Shown: in pieces, positions 30,406-40,019 of the stretch
Layout of the letters: every line of letters starts with the position of its first letter
Numbering within the stretch: the stretch's first letter is position 1
IMG/VR virus record: IMGVR_UViG_3300027976_003475
From: a virus
DNA: 64,000 nucleotides
Direction: 5' to 3' (one strand)
Program-made: the position numbers and the translations under genes
The notes under the pieces: model-generated
The model's database searches: none
The model's input: only the letters and a program-made list of their open reading frames with translations
Told to the model about the DNA's origin: nothing

Positions 30406-30954
30406 TCAGACGACGAGCAGCGCGAGGATGTACGTCTCGTTGCCGAACGTGAGCACGAGGAACTTCTCGCCGACTGCGAGGTACAGGAACACGCCGCTGT
30501 AAACGCCCGTCACGGAGTCGGAGACGAGGTGGCCGGTGGCGCGGGCCCCGGCGACGCTGGGGCCGACCGCGACGGCGTTGCCGGTGACGTCGGTGATGCT
30601 CACGATGTCGTCGGACGCCGAGAACGCGACGGCGTTGCCGTACGCCTCCTTGCCCGTATTGACGATGCGCTGCGTCGTGAAGCGCACGCGCGCCTCCTTG
30701 GGGTTGGCGCCCAGCTCGAAGACGCCGGTGATGTTGCCATTGCCGATGAGCGCGAGGGGCGCCTTGGAGGCTCGCCCCACGGTGGTCGCGATCAGCGGAA
30801 TGATGTTGTTCCCCTGGTCCTTGACGACGCTCGGGGGCGCCGACAGCGGCGAGTAGATCAGCCCGCCCGGCTGGTTGGGGGTGTAGTTGGGGGTGGCACT
30901 CGCAGTGCGAGCGCTCTTGATGACGGGTCCGGTCTTCTGTCCCTGTCGAGCCAT
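30406..30954 (-). CDS. Beta-rich putative structural protein
   Basis: Alternating hydrophobic strands; AAGGAAA RBS; follows the capsid candidates. Confidence 0.6.
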   Translation of the reverse strand: MARQGQKTGPVIKSARTASATPNYTPNQPGGLIYSPLSAPPSVVKDQGNNIIPLIATTVGRASKAPLALIGNGNITGVFELGANPKEARVRFTTQRIVNTGKEAYGNAVAFSASDDIVSITDVTGNAVAVGPSVAGARATGHLVSDSVTGVYSGVFLYLAVGEKFLVLTFGNETYILALLVV

Positions 30955-31007
30955 GGTCTCTTTCCTTCGTCTCTCTGCGCCGGAGGCGCCTGCGGGTCCG
31001 TGAAACC

Positions 31008-31535
31008 TTAACCGATCGCGGTCCCCACCGTCACCTCGGGCCGCCCACTCAGGGGCCAGAAAATCGTGCGGAGGGAGACTTGAAGCTGGAGCTGGCCGAC
31101 GGGATCAATGATCCGGCCGCAGAGCCACATCGTATTGCAGACGTGGGCGTTGATCTGGAAAACCATCCCCTCGCGGGTGATGGTCGACCCCACGAAGTCC
31201 GCGCCTTGGAGGATGGTGACGCCCTTCGGGGGGTCGTTGTCGGGCATACAGCCGCCGACCCCGACAAACAGCTTCCATTCAATCCGCAGCTTCGGGGGGA
31301 GGGTCGCGCCGCTGCGGTTGGAATACTGCCCGTCCATCCAAATCGCCGCGGTGCACGGCTCGACGTGATCGTACTGGATGAGGCACTGCTCGGCGGTGTC
31401 AGAGGCGGCGCGCTCGCCAATCTCCACGCTGCACGAGGTCCGCAACGGCCCGCCCTTCGGGGCCCTCGCGTCCAGCACCACGCCGCCGGGGCCGTAGGCA
31501 AAAGCGACGACCTTCTGCGGGCCACGGAAGAGCAT
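31008..31535 (-). CDS. Putative minor/small jelly-roll capsid or penton protein
   Basis: 175-aa beta-strand-rich protein directly downstream of the capsid candidate. Confidence 0.45.
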   Translation of the reverse strand: MLFRGPQKVVAFAYGPGGVVLDARAPKGGPLRTSCSVEIGERAASDTAEQCLIQYDHVEPCTAAIWMDGQYSNRSGATLPPKLRIEWKLFVGVGGCMPDNDPPKGVTILQGADFVGSTITREGMVFQINAHVCNTMWLCGRIIDPVGQLQLQVSLRTIFWPLSGRPEVTVGTAIG

Positions 31536-31577
31536 GGGGAGCGCCTTGAACGGTGGGGGGGGGGGGGGGGGGAGCGC

Positions 31578-31617
31578 GACGGCGCCGCGCGGCGGGGGCC
31601 CGCGGAGCGGCGCCGTC
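31578..31617 (-). terminator. 11-bp-stem hairpin after the capsid candidate (terminator/stabiliser-like, no U-tract)
   Basis: gacggcgccgc (31578-88) and gcggcgccgtc (31607-17) inverted repeat; 18-G run at 31555-31572. Confidence 0.45.
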
Positions 31618-31623
31618 AGGCAC

Positions 31624-32559
31624 TCAGACGCAGTTGCGGTACTCGGTGTACTTGCGCGCGTCGAAGTCGGACGCGAAGCGGAAGCGCCCGTCCTGAAGCA
31701 TCCCGAAGGCGACGTCGACCACGCACACGAGGTCGAGCGCGAGGAGGGTGCCCAGCACGCGCGGCGCGGAGTCGGTGATGGGCTCGATGGCGTCCAGCAC
31801 GCCGTCGAGCCACTGGAGCGCCAGCCGGTTCGGCTGGTCGTTGTTCCCCGAGACGCCGGGGTTGACGAGGATGTCGTCGCGGAACGCGAACATCACGCTC
31901 GGGCGGTTGGCGCCGGGACCGGGGGGGCCGTTCTCCCAGCCGGTGCGGGCGGTCATGAGCTGCCCGACGCCCAGCATCAGGTTGCAGTCGGTGTTGGTGT
32001 TCACCGGGATGAGCTGCCACTCGCTGGCGCCGAGGGCCGAGATGAGCAGACGGTCGGAGAGGTTCCACTCGTTGTCGCCCACCACGCCGCCCGATCGCTC
32101 GACGTGAGCGGGGACGGTGCCGACCGCCGCGACGTTGCTGGCGTCGGGGGCGATGACGCGGATGCGCTCCAGCACGAGGCCGATGCCCAGGACGATGGCC
32201 TGATAGAGCATCGAGAAGCCGCCGTTGCGGGGGCTGTTGGTGATCTCCAGCGAGCGCACCGCCGGTGTCCCGGAGATGCCCGCGTTCACGAAGGGGTCGG
32301 GCACGCCGGAGAAGTTGTCGTTGACGCCGTGCTCGAACACGATCTGCGGGAGCGTCGCGCTGTTCTGCGGCACCCACGCGCCGTCGGCGTCGGCCCGGAA
32401 GATGATCGAGAGCTTGTAGTACGGGCGCGGGATCGCGCGCCCGAGCCCGAAGGCTTCGTTGGAGCCGAAACTCTGAGCGCCCTGGCCGAGCGAGGAAACG
32501 GGGACCGTCGCCTTGTCGGTGAACGCCTTGCTCATGTCTGCGGTGATGTCGGTGGGCAC
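31624..32559 (-). CDS. Putative major capsid protein (jelly-roll type)
   Basis: 311 aa from a GTG with AAGGA RBS; beta-rich; VFEHG..ITN..GGF..IVLGIGL pattern; low Arg/Ala bias; follows a basic/TM protein. Confidence 0.55.
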   Translation of the reverse strand: MPTDITADMSKAFTDKATVPVSSLGQGAQSFGSNEAFGLGRAIPRPYYKLSIIFRADADGAWVPQNSATLPQIVFEHGVNDNFSGVPDPFVNAGISGTPAVRSLEITNSPRNGGFSMLYQAIVLGIGLVLERIRVIAPDASNVAAVGTVPAHVERSGGVVGDNEWNLSDRLLISALGASEWQLIPVNTNTDCNLMLGVGQLMTARTGWENGPPGPGANRPSVMFAFRDDILVNPGVSGNNDQPNRLALQWLDGVLDAIEPITDSAPRVLGTLLALDLVCVVDVAFGMLQDGRFRFASDFDARKYTEYRNCV

Positions 32560-32656
32560 GATCTTGTCCTTCTGTGGAGCGAACGCTTGTTGCGAAAACC
32601 TGTGTCGGGGGGCGCCCCGAAGCAACCGGGGGCGCCCGATTCAGACGGGCGCGGGA

Positions 32657-33382
32657 TCAGCCCAGCGCGTACTGCGCCATCGGCGTCGTGAAATTCACGA
32701 GGGAGTCGGGGCGGATGCTCTGCTCCGCCATGCCCGGCTGCCAGTCGGGCGACGCGGCGAGGTATCCGCCGGGGTTGTACCCGAAGAACCCGAGGGCGGG
32801 GTTGATCGGAGCGGCCAGCGCCGGGGCGGGCTGCCAGTCGGGCGACGCGGCGAGGTATCCGCCGGGGTTGTACCCGAAGAACCCGAGGGCGGGGTTGATC
32901 GGAGCGGCCAGCGCCGGGGCGGGCTGCACCGGAGCGGCCTGCGCCGGGTTGCTGATGGACGCGATGAGCTCCTGCGCGCGCGCGGTGATGCCCCAGGTGA
33001 GCACCCGACGCGAGAGCCCGAGCGTCACCGGCCCCGCGATCACGGCGACGGCGACGTGCGTGTAGCCCATCGCGAACAGGGCGCCACCGATCACGACGCC
33101 GCCCGCGATCAGGATGCCATCCTGCGCCATCGCGGAGAGCGACGTGGCGGACAGGAGGAGCATCCCGCCGATGGCGATGGCGGCGCCCGCCATGACGGCG
33201 CCGAACGCCTTGAGGACGCGCATCCCGAGGCCGCCCTCCATCCCGTTGCGCTTGTAGGCGCGGCGCCGGAGCTGCATCCCGTTGTGCTTGGCGCCGTTGC
33301 GCTTGGCCCGCTTGGTGCGCTTGCTCGCCGCCTTGTGGCTGTTGCGCTTGCTCGCCGCCTTCTTCTTCGTCGTCTTCGCCAT
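32657..33382 (-). CDS. Membrane protein with Lys/Arg-rich N-terminus (putative capsid-membrane/DNA linker)
   Basis: KRN, KRN, KHN and KRN in the first 50 aa, followed by 2-3 TM segments; GAGGA RBS. Confidence 0.75.
   Translation of the reverse strand: MAKTTKKKAASKRNSHKAASKRTKRAKRNGAKHNGMQLRRRAYKRNGMEGGLGMRVLKAFGAVMAGAAIAIGGMLLLSATSLSAMAQDGILIAGGVVIGGALFAMGYTHVAVAVIAGPVTLGLSRRVLTWGITARAQELIASISNPAQAAPVQPAPALAAPINPALGFFGYNPGGYLAASPDWQPAPALAAPINPALGFFGYNPGGYLAASPDWQPGMAEQSIRPDSLVNFTTPMAQYALG
32736..32927. repeat. 93-bp coding tandem duplication (PAPALAAPINPALGFFGYNPGGYLAASPDWQ x2)
   Basis: Copies start at 32736 and 32829. Confidence 0.9.
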
Positions 33383-33481
33383 GGAGATCCTCGTCGTGTC
33401 GTTGAGCAGCCGAATGGTTCGGGCCATATCGGCGTGAAGGGTAGCGCGACCCTTTTCAGAAATGCAAGCGGGGTGCGCTGC

Positions 33482-34120
33482 CTAGCCCGCGAGCCACCCG
33501 TCAATCACGGAGTACGTTCCGCCCGCGAACCACAGGCCCGTGCCCGTTGCGTCGGTGCAAATCATCGGCTGCGTGTGAGTCTGCGCGGTCACGCCCGGCA
33601 GCCCCTCGTGCTCGAAGGGGTGAATCCACTCGCTGCGGCCGTCGCCGTCGTTGCGGTCGGTCTTGTAGACGGCGTGCTCCATTGCCCCGAGCGCGATCAT
33701 CGCGCGCGGCAGGTCCAGCACGCCGTCGACTGCTTCCACCGGGTCGAGCCCGTTGTGGGTGCGCCGGAACTCGCGGAGCTGTCCCTTCATCGTCGGGGCG
33801 CGGCGCGCGCGCTCCACCGGCACGACCTTCAAGCCGTGCGGAGCGCCCCCGCGCGGATGGAACCCGAGCCCGTCGATACGAAACCCCGCCCCGAGGCACC
33901 ACAAGCGCTTGCTCTGCGCGTGGAAGCAGAGGCGTGGCATCGGATCGAAGCGCCACGTTTCGAGCACGCCGTCGCGGAAGCGCCGCACGGCCAGTTCAAC
34001 GAACGGACCCATCGGCCGCACGGTCGCCCCGGTCGGGACTTCGCCCATCACGACGGAGCGGCGCGGCGCGGCGCCGTAGCGACGTTGCAGCGCCGCGCTC
34101 ACGTCGCGAGGCGCGCTCAT
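33482..34120 (-). CDS. Hypothetical structural-operon protein
   Basis: ATGA-type overlap; C-terminal WIHPFEH..P..LWFAGGTYSV..GW. Confidence 0.65.
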   Translation of the reverse strand: MSAPRDVSAALQRRYGAAPRRSVVMGEVPTGATVRPMGPFVELAVRRFRDGVLETWRFDPMPRLCFHAQSKRLWCLGAGFRIDGLGFHPRGGAPHGLKVVPVERARRAPTMKGQLREFRRTHNGLDPVEAVDGVLDLPRAMIALGAMEHAVYKTDRNDGDGRSEWIHPFEHEGLPGVTAQTHTQPMICTDATGTGLWFAGGTYSVIDGWLAG

Positions 34121-35013
34121 CGACCGTACCCGAGCGTCCGCACGGCACGGCGCGTCTGGTACTCGCGCCACTTGACCCAGCCGAGCACAAACGCCGCAGC
34201 GCCCGCGTACGCGGCCGGGAGGAGCAGCACGCTCGCGTCGAACGTCGAGGGCGGGGCCCTTCCCTCGACGCGCGGGAGCTGCACCGGGTCCGTCTCGATG
34301 GGCGACGGCGGCGGCAGGGTGCCCGTCTGCTGCGCGAACGCGAGGCGCTGCGCGAGCGCGTTGGTCCGCGCGTTGGTCTGCGCGACCACCTGCGCGACGC
34401 GCGCGTCCTCACGAATCCGCACCTGTTGGGTAGCAGCCCCGGCTTCGACCACGCGGGCCTGCACCACGGTGTTGTACGCCGCGACGGCCGCGACGGCCGC
34501 GACGGCTACGACGACCCCCGCCACGAGATAGGCGAGCCCGCCGGGATTGTTCTCGGGCACGAGCACAAGCTGCCCCGGCTGGAGTCGCAGGTACGCCAGC
34601 GCGCCGCCGCACGCATCGAACGCCGCGCGCCGCTGCGCGTCCGTGACGGTCGTCGTCGCCGCGGCACCCGGCGCGACGGCCAGGGCGCCGCCGGGTCGGG
34701 CCTGGGGCAGCACCACGTCGCCGTGCTGATAGTCCCCCTGCGCGGCCCCAAGCACGAGCTCTCGCTCGCGCGACACCCCGAAGGGGAACGGCAGCCCGTT
34801 CGCGAGGCGCGGCACGGAGGCGGGCGGGCGGGCGAGCATTGATTGCGACCACGCGAGCTGCGCGACGATCGCATTGCGCTCGAACACCGACACCAGCCCG
34901 CCCTGCGGCGCGGTCGTGAGCCAGCGCTGATATGCAGTCGTGAGGGCGTACCCCGCGACTGAATCGGGCCCACCCACACCCACCAGCGCCACCGTGTCAC
35001 CCAGGGCGCTCAC
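34117..35013 (-). CDS. Membrane protein (two hydrophobic segments)
   Basis: LAYLVAGVVVAVAAVAAVAAY and a C-terminal TM followed by basic residues. Confidence 0.7.
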   Translation of the reverse strand: MSALGDTVALVGVGGPDSVAGYALTTAYQRWLTTAPQGGLVSVFERNAIVAQLAWSQSMLARPPASVPRLANGLPFPFGVSRERELVLGAAQGDYQHGDVVLPQARPGGALAVAPGAAATTTVTDAQRRAAFDACGGALAYLRLQPGQLVLVPENNPGGLAYLVAGVVVAVAAVAAVAAYNTVVQARVVEAGAATQQVRIREDARVAQVVAQTNARTNALAQRLAFAQQTGTLPPPSPIETDPVQLPRVEGRAPPSTFDASVLLLPAAYAGAAAFVLGWVKWREYQTRRAVRTLGYGR

Positions 35014-36053
35014 TTGAGCAGCGCCCCGAGCGCGGCGGCGGCGGCGGCGGCGGTCAGGCCGCCCGCGGTGAGCACGCCCGCGGTCTTGTCCGCGTTGCGG
35101 TAGGTCGATGGGTCCGCGAAGTCGACCACGATCCCGTGCGGGTTCGGGAGCGCCATGCGCGCACCGGGAATCTTGCCGTACCCCTTGAGCTTGCAGACGC
35201 CGTTCTCATCGACGTACTGCTTGGGGCAGGGCACGCCCGGCGTCGACGGGCCCGCCACCATCGCCCCAAAGGGCGAGAGGGCGACGCTGGCGACGCTGGC
35301 GCCCCGTTCGTCCTTCTGCGGCGCCACCGGCGCGAACTGGAACAGCGTGCCGTTCACGTTCACGTTCATGGGGAGGGGCGGCGCCGGGGGCGCGTAGTTC
35401 ATCACCGCGCCGGGCGGCGCCGGGGGCGCCGGGGGCGCCGGGGGCGCCGGGGGCGCGTAGTTCATCACCGCGCCGGGCGGCGCCGGGGGCGCGTAGTTCA
35501 TCACCGCGCCGGGCGGCGCCGGGGGCGCCGGGGGCGCCGGGGGCGCCGGGGCGGGCTGCACCGCCACCGGCTGCGGCGTTGTACTCAGCGGCGCCTCGCG
35601 GCCCGTGAGGAGGTCGAGGAGGCCGATGTAGCTCGACTCACGGCCGTTGGGGCTGCGCGCGAGCGCCGGGCGCGACGTGTTCGGGAAGTCGTTGCGCGCC
35701 GGGAAGAGCACGGCGCCCCCCCCGAGGAGCGCGTTCGAGAGCGCGTACCCGAGCATTTCGGGGCCCGCCGTCCAGTTGCGCGGCACGTTGAGGCCCGCTG
35801 ACCGCGCGTGATTCTCGATCGCGGTGCGGGTCACGTCTCCGAAGATGCCATCCACGTCCGTCCCGAAGTAGCGCTGAATCACGCGGACGACATACGGCGC
35901 CTGCGTCCGCACCAGTCGAGCGCCGCCCGACGGCGGCTCCCAAAAGAACGCGAGCGCGCGCTCCGTGCCGTCCGTCCAGCTTGACCGGCGCGGGTTGCCG
36001 ACGGTCAGATACCGCTCGATGGGGAACCGCGCGGCCGTGAGCGCGAGCGTCAT
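35010..36053 (-). CDS. Membrane-anchored protein with a PG-binding-like motif and Pro-rich stalk
   Basis: DVDGIFGDVTRTAI; PPAPPA/GAVMNYA repeats; C-terminal hydrophobic anchor. Confidence 0.6.
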   Translation of the reverse strand: MTLALTAARFPIERYLTVGNPRRSSWTDGTERALAFFWEPPSGGARLVRTQAPYVVRVIQRYFGTDVDGIFGDVTRTAIENHARSAGLNVPRNWTAGPEMLGYALSNALLGGGAVLFPARNDFPNTSRPALARSPNGRESSYIGLLDLLTGREAPLSTTPQPVAVQPAPAPPAPPAPPAPPGAVMNYAPPAPPGAVMNYAPPAPPAPPAPPAPPGAVMNYAPPAPPLPMNVNVNGTLFQFAPVAPQKDERGASVASVALSPFGAMVAGPSTPGVPCPKQYVDENGVCKLKGYGKIPGARMALPNPHGIVVDFADPSTYRNADKTAGVLTAGGLTAAAAAAALGALLK

Positions 36054-37999
36054 GACGCCCTCGCAGCGCGGCGCGCGCGGCCGTGGCTCCGCCTCGGGCG
36101 GCCGTTGTGCTTGCGGCTCCGCCTCGGGCGGCCGTTGTGCTTGCGGCGGGTGAGCAGGTACGCGCCCCCACCGATCACCGCGAGCAGGAGCGCGCCGATG
36201 CCGACCTGCGTGGCCGTGATGCCGGTGGGCGGCGTCTGCGGCGTCTGCGGCGTCTGCGGCGTCTGCTGCGTCTGGAACTGCTGCACCGTCTGCTGCGTCG
36301 CATTCGCGGCGGCCTGGAGGCGCGCGATTTCGGCGGAGTCGGTGGACGCCGTGCGGCCCGCGGCGAGCTGCGCCATGGCCTGCTGGTGCGCGTACTGCGC
36401 GTTGCTCGCCGCGAGGTCATCCACACGGCCCTGGTGAATGCCGGTGATGATGACGCCGATGGCCTGGAGCGCCGCCGCTGACACCGACACGAACGTAGAG
36501 GGACGGGCCTGGAACTCGCGCCAGAGTTGCGCGGCGACGTCAGGGTGCCCGGACAGCAGTTGCGACCACTGCGCGCCGGTGAGGCCCGACGCCGCGAGGA
36601 ACTCCGCGGGCGCGGCGGCTGGGGTGGGCGTCGGGGCCGCGGGCGGCCGGGGCTTGGGCGGCCGGGGCGCGGGCGGCCGGGGCGCGGGCGCGGGCGCGGG
36701 CGCGGGCGGGTTGCCAGCGGGGCGGATGAACCCCGCGGGAGCGATGGCGTCGCCGCGGATCGCGTCCTGCACCGCGAGTTGGAACAGCACCTTCCGCGGG
36801 TCACCGAAGAGGAGCGGCGCCATGTGCCCGGCGAGGAGGTCGGACACCAGCACGCCGTCGATCGTCCCGGGGCCCGCGAGCGCGTTCGCGAGCGCGAGCG
36901 CGTACGGGTCACCCAGGAACGCGGAGCCGCGGAGGATGGCGGCCTGATACGACGCGGGGAGGACCGCGAAAAGCTGGAGCGCCGAGTTGGAGTCGATGAG
37001 CGCGAGCTCTCCGGCGGGGTTGAACTCGTGCGCGAACGCGGAGCGGGCGTCGCCGTACGCGCGCGTCCAACGATCGGCCGTAGCCCCGGCCAGCACGACG
37101 GAGCCCGCGGGGAGCACCTCGTGAGCAGCGAGGGAGGCCACGGCCGTACAGAACTGCCGCACCTCGCTGCTGTTGCGCTGGAACGACCCGAAAAGCCAGT
37201 CGGCGCCGACCCGCGTGGCTTGCGGGTCGCCGCTCATGGCGTCGCGCACCACGGCCTGCATCAGCTCGTACCGGGCGAGCGTCCCGCTGGTGAGCACGCG
37301 GAGCTGCACCTCCGTCGGGAGCGCCAGAAATGCCCGATAGCAGTCGTCGGCCGTGGACGCCTGCCGGGCGACCGCGCCTGCCGGGTTCGCCGCCTGCTGC
37401 TGGGCGTACGCCGCGCGCGTCCGAAACACCTCTCGCTCCTTGGGGGTCATCGCGTCCAGCTCCGCCTGCGTCGGGGCGCTGGCGGTGCGCGCGGCGGGCG
37501 TGGACACCTGCGCGCTCGCCGGGTTCTCGGGGGTCAGGGTGACCACCTCGCCGGGCTTGCCCGCGCGCGCGAGGGTCACGGGGGGATAGCCCGTCACGTC
37601 GCTTCCCTCCTGGCGCGCGAGGGTCACCGGGGTCACCGGGGTCACCGGGGTCACCGGGGTCACCGAGCCCCCCCCACCCGCCACGCCGTCGCGGCGCGGG
37701 ACGCCGCCGTTGAAGGCCACGTCACGGACCACCGCGGGAATCGCGGCGCGCGCGTCGGTGGGCCGGGTCTGCTCGACGGTGATCGTGCTCGACGGCTGCC
37801 TCGGGTCGAGCCCGAGCGTCACCTCGCGACGCGGCGTCGGGGAAACGTCGCCCGGATCGACCGCACCCCGCCGCTCGCCGCGTTGGCCGCGCTCGCCGCA
37901 TCGGTCAGCGTTGACCGCGTTGTTGAGGGGCGTCCCGTCGGCGTTTTCGGGGTTGATCTTGCCGTCGATGGAGCACGTTGGCGTGTTGCAGTTTCCCAT
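36050..37999 (-). CDS. Large tail-anchored protein (putative virion membrane/ejection protein)
   Basis: GGAGG RBS; TM VGIGALLLAVIGGGAYLL, then RKHNGRPRRS x2. Confidence 0.7.
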   Translation of the reverse strand: MGNCNTPTCSIDGKINPENADGTPLNNAVNADRCGERGQRGERRGAVDPGDVSPTPRREVTLGLDPRQPSSTITVEQTRPTDARAAIPAVVRDVAFNGGVPRRDGVAGGGGSVTPVTPVTPVTPVTLARQEGSDVTGYPPVTLARAGKPGEVVTLTPENPASAQVSTPAARTASAPTQAELDAMTPKEREVFRTRAAYAQQQAANPAGAVARQASTADDCYRAFLALPTEVQLRVLTSGTLARYELMQAVVRDAMSGDPQATRVGADWLFGSFQRNSSEVRQFCTAVASLAAHEVLPAGSVVLAGATADRWTRAYGDARSAFAHEFNPAGELALIDSNSALQLFAVLPASYQAAILRGSAFLGDPYALALANALAGPGTIDGVLVSDLLAGHMAPLLFGDPRKVLFQLAVQDAIRGDAIAPAGFIRPAGNPPAPAPAPAPRPPAPRPPKPRPPAAPTPTPAAAPAEFLAASGLTGAQWSQLLSGHPDVAAQLWREFQARPSTFVSVSAAALQAIGVIITGIHQGRVDDLAASNAQYAHQQAMAQLAAGRTASTDSAEIARLQAAANATQQTVQQFQTQQTPQTPQTPQTPPTGITATQVGIGALLLAVIGGGAYLLTRRKHNGRPRRSRKHNGRPRRSHGRARRAARAS

Positions 38000-38054
38000 G
38001 GTTCTTCGGGCCTCCTGGCCTTGCGTGTAAGTGTCAGCGATCAGAGCGGTGGCG

Positions 38055-40019
38055 TCAACGACCGCGGCGAGTGTGGGCGCGGGCGCGGGCTTTCCGTCGA
38101 AGCGCGCGGTTGGGCTTTGCGCGGTGCCGCGGCTTGCGGGTCGCGAGGTAGTAACCGCCGCCCACGAGCACGGCGAGCACGAGCGCGCCGAGCCCAACCT
38201 TCGCGCCCGGTGGCAGCCCGGACGAGGGCACCATGACTGCCGGGGCATCGGGCGTAAGCTGGTAGGTCTGAGTCTGCGTCTGCGTGCTCCCTGGTTGAAG
38301 CACGGGCAGACCAATCCCGAGCAGGCCGAACGCAAGCAGGCCGAACGCAAGCTGCGGGCGCGCGGGCATCCCGATTGTCTGCGCGTACGCGACCGCGAAC
38401 GACGCGCGCGTTTGCTGAATCGCGAAGGGGGAGAACGCCGGGCACATCGCGCCGAAGACGTCCACGTTGACCACCGCGCCGGAGGGCTGGAGCGCGCTCA
38501 TCAGCGCGATGGTGGCCGTGGTCACGGCGCCAATGACCAACGCCACCACCGGGCCCGCGACCGGGATACCCGCTACGGCGGCAGCGGCGGCACCACCCGC
38601 CCCCTGCACGAGCTGCACGTTCGCAAGGTTCTCGCGCTCGCGGGTGAGCGCCCGCCGGGCCGCGTCGACCTGGGCAGACCCCGCAAGGCTTTCGATCAGG
38701 GTGTTGTACTGCCCGGCCATGCGAATGTTCCGCATGGTGTTTGAGCGCCGCATGGTGCGAACAAATTCGGAAGGGCTCATCGCGAGCACCCACTCCGCGA
38801 AGCTGCGCCCGCCAAACTCGGGCTGCGGCGCGAAATACATGCGCCAATACCACTCAAGCGGCGGAACCATCCACAGTCGGCTCTTGCCAGTGACGTTCTT
38901 CCGCGCGTTGAAAAAAGGCGCGCGCCACTCGGGATTGGCGCCGTGCACCATATAGAAATCGCCGTTGGGGTCGACCGGACTGGCGCGGTCGTAGAAGTCT
39001 CCGCCGTCCGTGGCGCGCAGCACCACCGCGGGCGTCGGGCTCCACCCGCCCGTCGCCCGCCCGTTGTACTGGAACCACACCCGATGCGTCTCCCCGGTGG
39101 GGGCGACGCAGGTGTCGGAGTTCACCGGGTTGACGACCGACGAGTCACCGCTGCGGCACCCGATGGACTCGCTGTTGAACCGGGCCTCACTCCCGAAAAG
39201 CACATCACCGGGCCCCCAGGTCGAGGCGCGGGCTCCCCAAGTGGCCTGTTGAATCGCAACGCCGCGGCGGCGCCACCCGCCGACCACATAGGGCGCAGGG
39301 GAATACGGCGCATAGTAATCGCGAATGACCGACGAGGACATGCCCTGCATGTAGGCGTCGGAGTCGAACGCGAAATAACCCCACAGACGTTCGGCCACGC
39401 GGCGCAGCGGCTCGATCGCGCTGTAACAGACGTTGATGGATCGCAGAAACTTCGTGAACGACGCGACCGCGGCGGCGATCACGGCGGGTTGTGCGTCGCG
39501 GGGTAGGGCGTCGATCACCGCCGCGATTCGCTCCCACTCCGGCGGCGTCTCGGGCGCGAGTTGCGCGAACCGAACGGCCGTCGTCGCGGGGAGCGCGAGG
39601 AGGTCGCGCATGGTCTCCGCGTCGGAGCTGTCCATCGGGGACCATGCGTTTTGCGAGGCCGCCGTCAGCCGCTCGCGGGCGACGGCGACGGTGGTGTCTT
39701 CGGTGATGGCGAGAATGCCGAGGAGCCGCAGTTTGTTCGCGCGCGTTCGACCCGCCGGGTAAACGCCCCCGGCGCGCTTGGCGGCGGGGTTGAACGGCAC
39801 GTCTGCGGCCCGGCGCTCCCCGATCATCGGGTTGCGGGCCTCGCGGAGCCACGCATAGGCCGCGACCGGCTCGTACGAATGCATGAAAGCCTCGATGCCC
39901 TGGGCCTCTGCCTGGGCCTCGGGGACGGTCATCGTGCGGCCCGCGAGCGCGCCTTGCCGCGCTTCGGCCGCCGTGCCCGTGTCCGTGGTGATGTAAAGCA
40001 GCGCGCGCTCGACGCTCAT
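38055..40019 (-). CDS. Large tail-anchored protein (putative virion membrane protein)
   Basis: TM VGLGALVLAVLVGGGYYL, then RAKPNRALRRK. Confidence 0.75.
   Translation of the reverse strand: MSVERALLYITTDTGTAAEARQGALAGRTMTVPEAQAEAQGIEAFMHSYEPVAAYAWLREARNPMIGERRAADVPFNPAAKRAGGVYPAGRTRANKLRLLGILAITEDTTVAVARERLTAASQNAWSPMDSSDAETMRDLLALPATTAVRFAQLAPETPPEWERIAAVIDALPRDAQPAVIAAAVASFTKFLRSINVCYSAIEPLRRVAERLWGYFAFDSDAYMQGMSSSVIRDYYAPYSPAPYVVGGWRRRGVAIQQATWGARASTWGPGDVLFGSEARFNSESIGCRSGDSSVVNPVNSDTCVAPTGETHRVWFQYNGRATGGWSPTPAVVLRATDGGDFYDRASPVDPNGDFYMVHGANPEWRAPFFNARKNVTGKSRLWMVPPLEWYWRMYFAPQPEFGGRSFAEWVLAMSPSEFVRTMRRSNTMRNIRMAGQYNTLIESLAGSAQVDAARRALTRERENLANVQLVQGAGGAAAAAVAGIPVAGPVVALVIGAVTTATIALMSALQPSGAVVNVDVFGAMCPAFSPFAIQQTRASFAVAYAQTIGMPARPQLAFGLLAFGLLGIGLPVLQPGSTQTQTQTYQLTPDAPAVMVPSSGLPPGAKVGLGALVLAVLVGGGYYLATRKPRHRAKPNRALRRKARARAHTRRGR

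Noticed and set aside
33438-33457. Small hairpin AAGGGT-N6-ACCCTT followed by TT
   Set aside because: Six-bp stem and T-run on the non-coding strand; too weak to call a terminator
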